DNA from: Desulfurobacteriaceae bacterium
GTDB lineage: Bacteria; Aquificota; Aquificia; Desulfurobacteriales; Desulfurobacteriaceae
DNA length: 32,000 bases
Direction of reading: 5' to 3'
Assembly: GCA_027051905.1 (NCBI GenBank)
Contig: JALUGO010000017.1
Span: 46,554 to 78,553 of the forward strand
Below the pieces are notes generated by a model. That model saw only the letters and a list, made by a program, of their open reading frames with translations. It searched no databases and was not told the DNA's origin. The translations under genes were made by a program, and so were the position numbers. This document shows positions 28,801-32,000 of this stretch, in pieces. The stretch's first letter is position 1, and the number at the start of each line of letters is the position of its first letter.

Positions 28801-29936
28801 GAAAACTCCTCCTTCCGGCCTCTCTTCTCTCTCTCCTTTTCGTGGCAATAATTATCAACCTCTACGTGTTGCACAGAGAGCTCCACTGGTTCTACCTCTC
28901 TGTGATAAGGGAAGAGACTGCAAGGGTTAAATCTGTAGTTGAAGGAACCGTGGCTGGCGGAGGGGACCCTGTAGAAGCCATTTACTCTTACATGAAAAGA
29001 TCTAAGCTTCTTAAAGGTGCAACCTTCAACCTTGAAGGGAGGAATATTCCTATTCCCGGTTCAGACATCTCTCCAGACTACTATAGAGAGACTGTAAACC
29101 TTAAACCCTTCGCTTTCACCCTCTATTTTGATTTCTCTTTTCTGGATGAGCTTAACAGACATCTGCTTTATATTTTCTTCTCGCTTCTTCTTTTCAGCTC
29201 TCTCTTCACTCTTGTTACAGTCTTGGTTGTCAGGGAATATTTCAAAAAACAGCTCTTTTTACAGAAAGAACGGCAGGAGAGAGAACGGCTTGAAAGTATC
29301 AACCTAGTCATCCACTCCCTCATCCATGAGGTAAAGAACAGGTTAAACGTTTTGAGACTTCTCTCTTACAGACTTGAGAAAAACTGCTCTGCTGAAAGCT
29401 GTAGCAACTACCTTTTAAAGCTGAGAACCGAAATAGACAATCTGGGAAAATACGTTGAGGAGACGGCAGACCTGAGGCGTCCCCTGAAAATCTCTAAAAG
29501 ACCCGTTTCCTCTGAACTCCTTCTGAAAAATGCCCTTTCAAAGTTTGAAGAACTCCTCAAAACAAAAAGAGTTGAGCTTCAAATTTCGGTTGAGGAGGTT
29601 ATCCTTAACGTTGATCCTGAAAAGTTTACCTCGCTCCTTGTTGACCTTATTAAGAACGCCGTTGAAGCTCTTGAGGGGAAGAGCAGGAAAGCCCTGAAGA
29701 TAGTGGGAAAGAGAGAGGGAAACGTTTACAATTTCTACGTTATGGACAGCGGAGGAGAACTCTCCTCTTCCAACATCTTCAAGCCTTTCTACTCAACAAA
29801 AAAGAAAGGTTTCGGCCTTGGCCTCTACAACGTTAAACGAATATCCGAGGCCCACGGTGGAACTGTAAATGCTTACACTGAAAAAGGGTGGACAGTTTTT
29901 AAGATTTCAATTCCCTGTACGGAAAATTTTCCGTAA
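28797..29936 (+). CDS. Sensor histidine kinase with two transmembrane helices and a ~90-aa periplasmic loop
   Basis: H-box SLIHEVKNRLNVL; N-box KNAVEAL; G-boxes DSGGE and GFGLGLYNVKRISEAHGG. Transmembrane helices near residues 5-25 and 115-140. ATGA overlap with the regulator gene. Confidence 0.9.
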   Translation: MRKLLLPASLLSLLFVAIIINLYVLHRELHWFYLSVIREETARVKSVVEGTVAGGGDPVEAIYSYMKRSKLLKGATFNLEGRNIPIPGSDISPDYYRETVNLKPFAFTLYFDFSFLDELNRHLLYIFFSLLLFSSLFTLVTVLVVREYFKKQLFLQKERQERERLESINLVIHSLIHEVKNRLNVLRLLSYRLEKNCSAESCSNYLLKLRTEIDNLGKYVEETADLRRPLKISKRPVSSELLLKNALSKFEELLKTKRVELQISVEEVILNVDPEKFTSLLVDLIKNAVEALEGKSRKALKIVGKREGNVYNFYVMDSGGELSSSNIFKPFYSTKKKGFGLGLYNVKRISEAHGGTVNAYTEKGWTVFKISIPCTENFP

Positions 29937-29988
29937 GAAAGACAGAATATTCGGAAAATTTTCCGTAGCCTTTTCGGAAATAGCTCCG
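29919..29988. promoter_or_regulatory. Three spaced palindromes, candidate enhancer (UAS) sites for the adjacent sigma-54 activator
   Basis: ACGGAAAATTTTCCGT at 29919-29934 overlaps the last kinase codons. The identical core CGGAAAATTTTCCGTA recurs at 29952-29967. A degenerate copy CGGAAATAGCTCCG lies at 29975-29988, and an extra CGGAA half-site at 30000-30004. Centre spacings are 32 and 23 bp, about 40-100 bp upstream of the -24 element. Confidence 0.55.
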
Positions 29989-30019
29989 GATAATCCTGTC
30001 GGAACTCCAACTTTAAATT

Positions 30020-30035
30020 TGGCATGAAATTTGCT
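30020..30035 (+). promoter_or_regulatory. Sigma-54 (-24/-12) promoter
   Basis: TGGCATGAAATTTGCT matches the TGGCACG-N4-TTGCW consensus. GG at 30021-30022 and GC at 30033-30034 have the canonical spacing. It lies 53 nt upstream of the ATG at 30088 and just downstream of a sigma-54 activator gene. Confidence 0.8.
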
Positions 30036-30087
30036 TTTTTACTCTTGATGAACAGAAAAAATCAGAACAGTATTTAGGAGGTCTGAA

Positions 30088-31311
30088 ATGAGGAAACATT
30101 TACTTGTAGCCGCTGCTTTAGCTCTATCTGCTGGAATTGCAGGTTGCGGTGGAGGTGGCGGAGGTTCAGCTGGATTATCTTCTAACACGTCATCTACAAC
30201 CCTTGATGGGGGAGCTTACTCCAGCTACGTTGCAAATGCTAAAGTATGTTTGGAGGACGGAAACGGAAACATCGTAACAAATGCTGGTAACGAGGTATGT
30301 TCCACTACCTATTCAGACGGAACATTCCAGCTTTCTATTCCGTCTAGCGTTACTGTAACGGACAACAACCGCATTGCTCTATTTGTAAACGCTCAGGGAA
30401 CAGAATTAAAAGTTGCAGAAGCTCCTATATCTCAGTTAAAAGTAACTGGTGTGGATAATACTATAGCCGTAACTCCCCTCTCTCTTGCAGGTAACGATAC
30501 AAAATTGGCCAGCGTTTTAGGTGCTATCATACACGGTCTTGCCGGAGATACTACCGGTTATCAGGATGTGGTTGATTTAGGAAATGTTGAAGTTGAAGAT
30601 GTTTACGAGGTTAATGGAACAGATGTCCAAGAGCTGGAGATAGATAACCATACCTGTCTGGAAGACCTTATTAAACAGGGTGCACAGCTAAATATTGGTG
30701 TATACAACTTATCCCTTAATCAGGGATATAAAATAAAGGTCAATTCATCATCGGTTAAGTTAGAGACCAATAACGAAGAAAAGCCTATTAACTACAACTG
30801 CTTACAGCATGAACAGGAACTCCAAGCACACATTAACGAGCTTAAAGCCGCTGTTTTAGGTGACAAAAATCTGCTTCTAAAAGCTAAAGCAGAAGCTGTT
30901 TTAATCTCCTTAGAAGGACATTTAAATCATCTTTTAAATAACCTGAACCTTACAGATTCCGATAAGCAGCTCATCAATACAATAATTAGTAATGTCCAGT
31001 CTCTCCTTGCAAGTATTCAGTCTGAAGAAAATGGTCTCTCAGATGAAGACAGGAGCCAGATTAATGCTTTGATTACCGATTTACAGACTCTTGTAAGTTC
31101 TTTGGAGTCCGAAGGGCTTGTTCATCAAGCGAGAGAATTACAACAAAAGATTAACATTCTTCAGGATATAGAGAGTGGAAACGTTACTATTCATTTCCAT
31201 CATAACGGGAAACATGAAGGAGACACAGGAAACAGCCATGGTCATGAATCCAGCCATAATGAAGGGAATAGTCATGGCTCTTCCAGCCATAATGGTGGAA
31301 CAGAAGAGTAA
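30088..31311 (+). CDS. Lipoprotein with Gly-rich linker, beta-rich N-domain, coiled-coil region and His-rich C-terminal tail
   Basis: AGGAGG RBS at 30075-30080. Lipobox LSAGIAG-C followed by GGGGGGS. Heptad-like helical region (HEQELQAHINELKAAV ... QARELQQKINILQD). Tail IHFHHNGKHEGDTGNSHGHESSHNEGNSHGSSSHNGGTEE has 9 His in its last 40 residues. I recognise no known family. Confidence 0.8.
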   Translation: MRKHLLVAAALALSAGIAGCGGGGGGSAGLSSNTSSTTLDGGAYSSYVANAKVCLEDGNGNIVTNAGNEVCSTTYSDGTFQLSIPSSVTVTDNNRIALFVNAQGTELKVAEAPISQLKVTGVDNTIAVTPLSLAGNDTKLASVLGAIIHGLAGDTTGYQDVVDLGNVEVEDVYEVNGTDVQELEIDNHTCLEDLIKQGAQLNIGVYNLSLNQGYKIKVNSSSVKLETNNEEKPINYNCLQHEQELQAHINELKAAVLGDKNLLLKAKAEAVLISLEGHLNHLLNNLNLTDSDKQLINTIISNVQSLLASIQSEENGLSDEDRSQINALITDLQTLVSSLESEGLVHQARELQQKINILQDIESGNVTIHFHHNGKHEGDTGNSHGHESSHNEGNSHGSSSHNGGTEE

Positions 31312-31345
31312 AATGGGATTTTAGAGAATTTCAGGAACAAATCAT

Positions 31346-31370
31346 GGAGGCCTCTGGGACCTCCTTTTTT
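31346..31370 (+). terminator. Rho-independent terminator after the lipoprotein gene
   Basis: GGAGG (31346-31350) pairs with CCTCC (31360-31364), followed by TTTTTT (31365-31370). Confidence 0.6.
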
Positions 31371-31392
31371 AATTCTAAACAGGAGGTTACCT

Positions 31393-31641
31393 TTGAACCT
31401 GCAACGATTGGCAATTAACGATGAAGGATTCATTTTTGACCCTGAAACGGGGAACAGCTACACAGTCAACAAAACCGGCCTATTTATCATCAAGTTCCTT
31501 AAAGAAGGTAAGTCTGAAGAGGAGATAGTTAAAGCTCTCTCAGAGAAATTTGACGTAAGCGAAGAAGACGCCAGGAGAGACCTCGTTGACTTTATGGAGC
31601 AACTGAGACTCTACGGCCTTCTGGAGGGTGAGAATGTATAG
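31393..31641 (+). CDS. PqqD-family protein (RiPP recognition element-like peptide chaperone)
   Basis: TTG start 6 nt after AGGAGG (31381-31386). The 82-aa sequence fits the PqqD pattern: beta-strand region FIFDPETGNSYTVNKTG, then helices IIKFLKEGKSEEEIVKALSEKFDVSEEDARRDLVDFMEQLRLYGLL. Confidence 0.6.
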   Translation: MNLQRLAINDEGFIFDPETGNSYTVNKTGLFIIKFLKEGKSEEEIVKALSEKFDVSEEDARRDLVDFMEQLRLYGLLEGENV

Positions 31642-32000
31642 GGTTGCCGTATCGGGGATAAACGCCGTTGACAATCCAGGCCCCGGTGTTGGTATAGCAA
31701 AGGGTTTAAAGGAGGGTTCTTTAGAGGTCTCTGTCTACGGCCTTGCCTACGACGCCATGGAGCCCGGTATCTACATGAAGTGGCTCTTTGAAAAGAGCTT
31801 CATTATGCCCTACCCTTCTGCCGGAGAGGAAGCTTTTATAGAGCGGCTTCTCTACATTAAGTCAAACTACGGTCTTGACGCCGTTATCCCCGCCTTAGAC
31901 GCGGAGCTCCCCCTCTTCATAAAGAGCTCCTCCCTCCTTGAGAGCTACGGAGTGAAGACGTTTCTTCCTACAGAGGAGCAGTTCAAACTGAGAGGGAAAG
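31634..32000 (+). CDS. ATP-grasp family enzyme, N-terminal (pre-ATP-grasp) part only, truncated by window end
   Basis: Not in the ORF track because it runs off the window. My translation: MYRVAVSGINAVDNPGPGVGIAKGLKEGSLEVSVYGLAYDAMEPGIYMKWLFEKSFIMPYPSAGEEAFIERLLYIKSNYGLDAVIPALDAELPLFIKSSSLLESYGVKTFLPTEEQFKLRGK. Rossmann-like N-domain layout with the D-A-V-I-P...E-L segment resembles carboxylate-amine ligases. Its ATG overlaps the PqqD stop (ATGTATAG). Confidence 0.5.
   Translation, partial: MYRVAVSGINAVDNPGPGVGIAKGLKEGSLEVSVYGLAYDAMEPGIYMKWLFEKSFIMPYPSAGEEAFIERLLYIKSNYGLDAVIPALDAELPLFIKSSSLLESYGVKTFLPTEEQFKLRGK

Noticed and set aside
29919-29967. The CGGAAAATTTTCCG palindromes read as rho-independent terminators of the kinase transcript.
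   Set aside because: Neither is followed by a T-run, and the stem would have essentially no loop. Exact duplication at 32-bp spacing upstream of a -24/-12 promoter fits protein-binding sites better. An RNA-level role cannot be fully excluded.
31344-31418. 24-codon ORF (MEASGTSFFNSKQEVTFEPATIGN) upstream of the PqqD-like gene, considered as a possible RiPP precursor.
   Set aside because: It spans the terminator hairpin and T-run and the RBS and start of the PqqD gene, has no RBS of its own, and shows no precursor-like features.
1-32000. CRISPR arrays, IS elements with terminal inverted repeats, integrases, toxin-antitoxin pairs and defence systems.
   Set aside because: I saw no regularly spaced direct repeats, no transposase- or integrase-like ORFs and no unexplained gene pairs. 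Apart from the His-rich lipoprotein, every sizeable ORF is assigned to a recognisable protein family.

Overview
Mostly core genome from a hyperthermophilic bacterium. An intact reverse gyrase, the hyp genes, acetogen-type MetVF and FabK fit Aquificota/Desulfurobacteriaceae, but that placement is inference only.

Layout:
- 1-8917 (+): low-GC type II secretion / type IV pilus operon (GspD-type secretin, GspE/PilB ATPase, GspF/PilC, PilM, PilN, PilO, PilP-like, PilQ).
- 8937-9788 (+): truB.
- 9789-13373 (-): reverse gyrase.
- 13435-14559 (+): Fe-type alcohol dehydrogenase.
- 14688-20014 (-): packed array yceD-rpmF-plsX-fabH-fabK-ribH-nusB-lpxI.
- 20133-21550 (+): two SurA-like periplasmic chaperones.
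- 21614-29936 (+): gap-free array metV-metF-uppS-cdsA-hypE-(FetB-like permease)-hypD-(NtrC-type regulator)-(histidine kinase).
- 29919-31311: repeated palindromes and a near-consensus sigma-54 -24/-12 promoter driving a low-GC lipoprotein with a His-rich tail.
- 31393-32000 (+): PqqD-like protein translationally coupled to an ATP-grasp enzyme, cut by the window edge.

I found no rRNA, tRNA, CRISPR array, IS element or recognisable defence system. The best candidates for something undescribed are the sigma-54 module with its His-rich lipoprotein, the PqqD/ATP-grasp pair, and the FetB-like permease between hypE and hypD. Compositional mosaicism in the pilus region is also notable. All functional calls rest on motifs read by eye from the translations; no searches were run.
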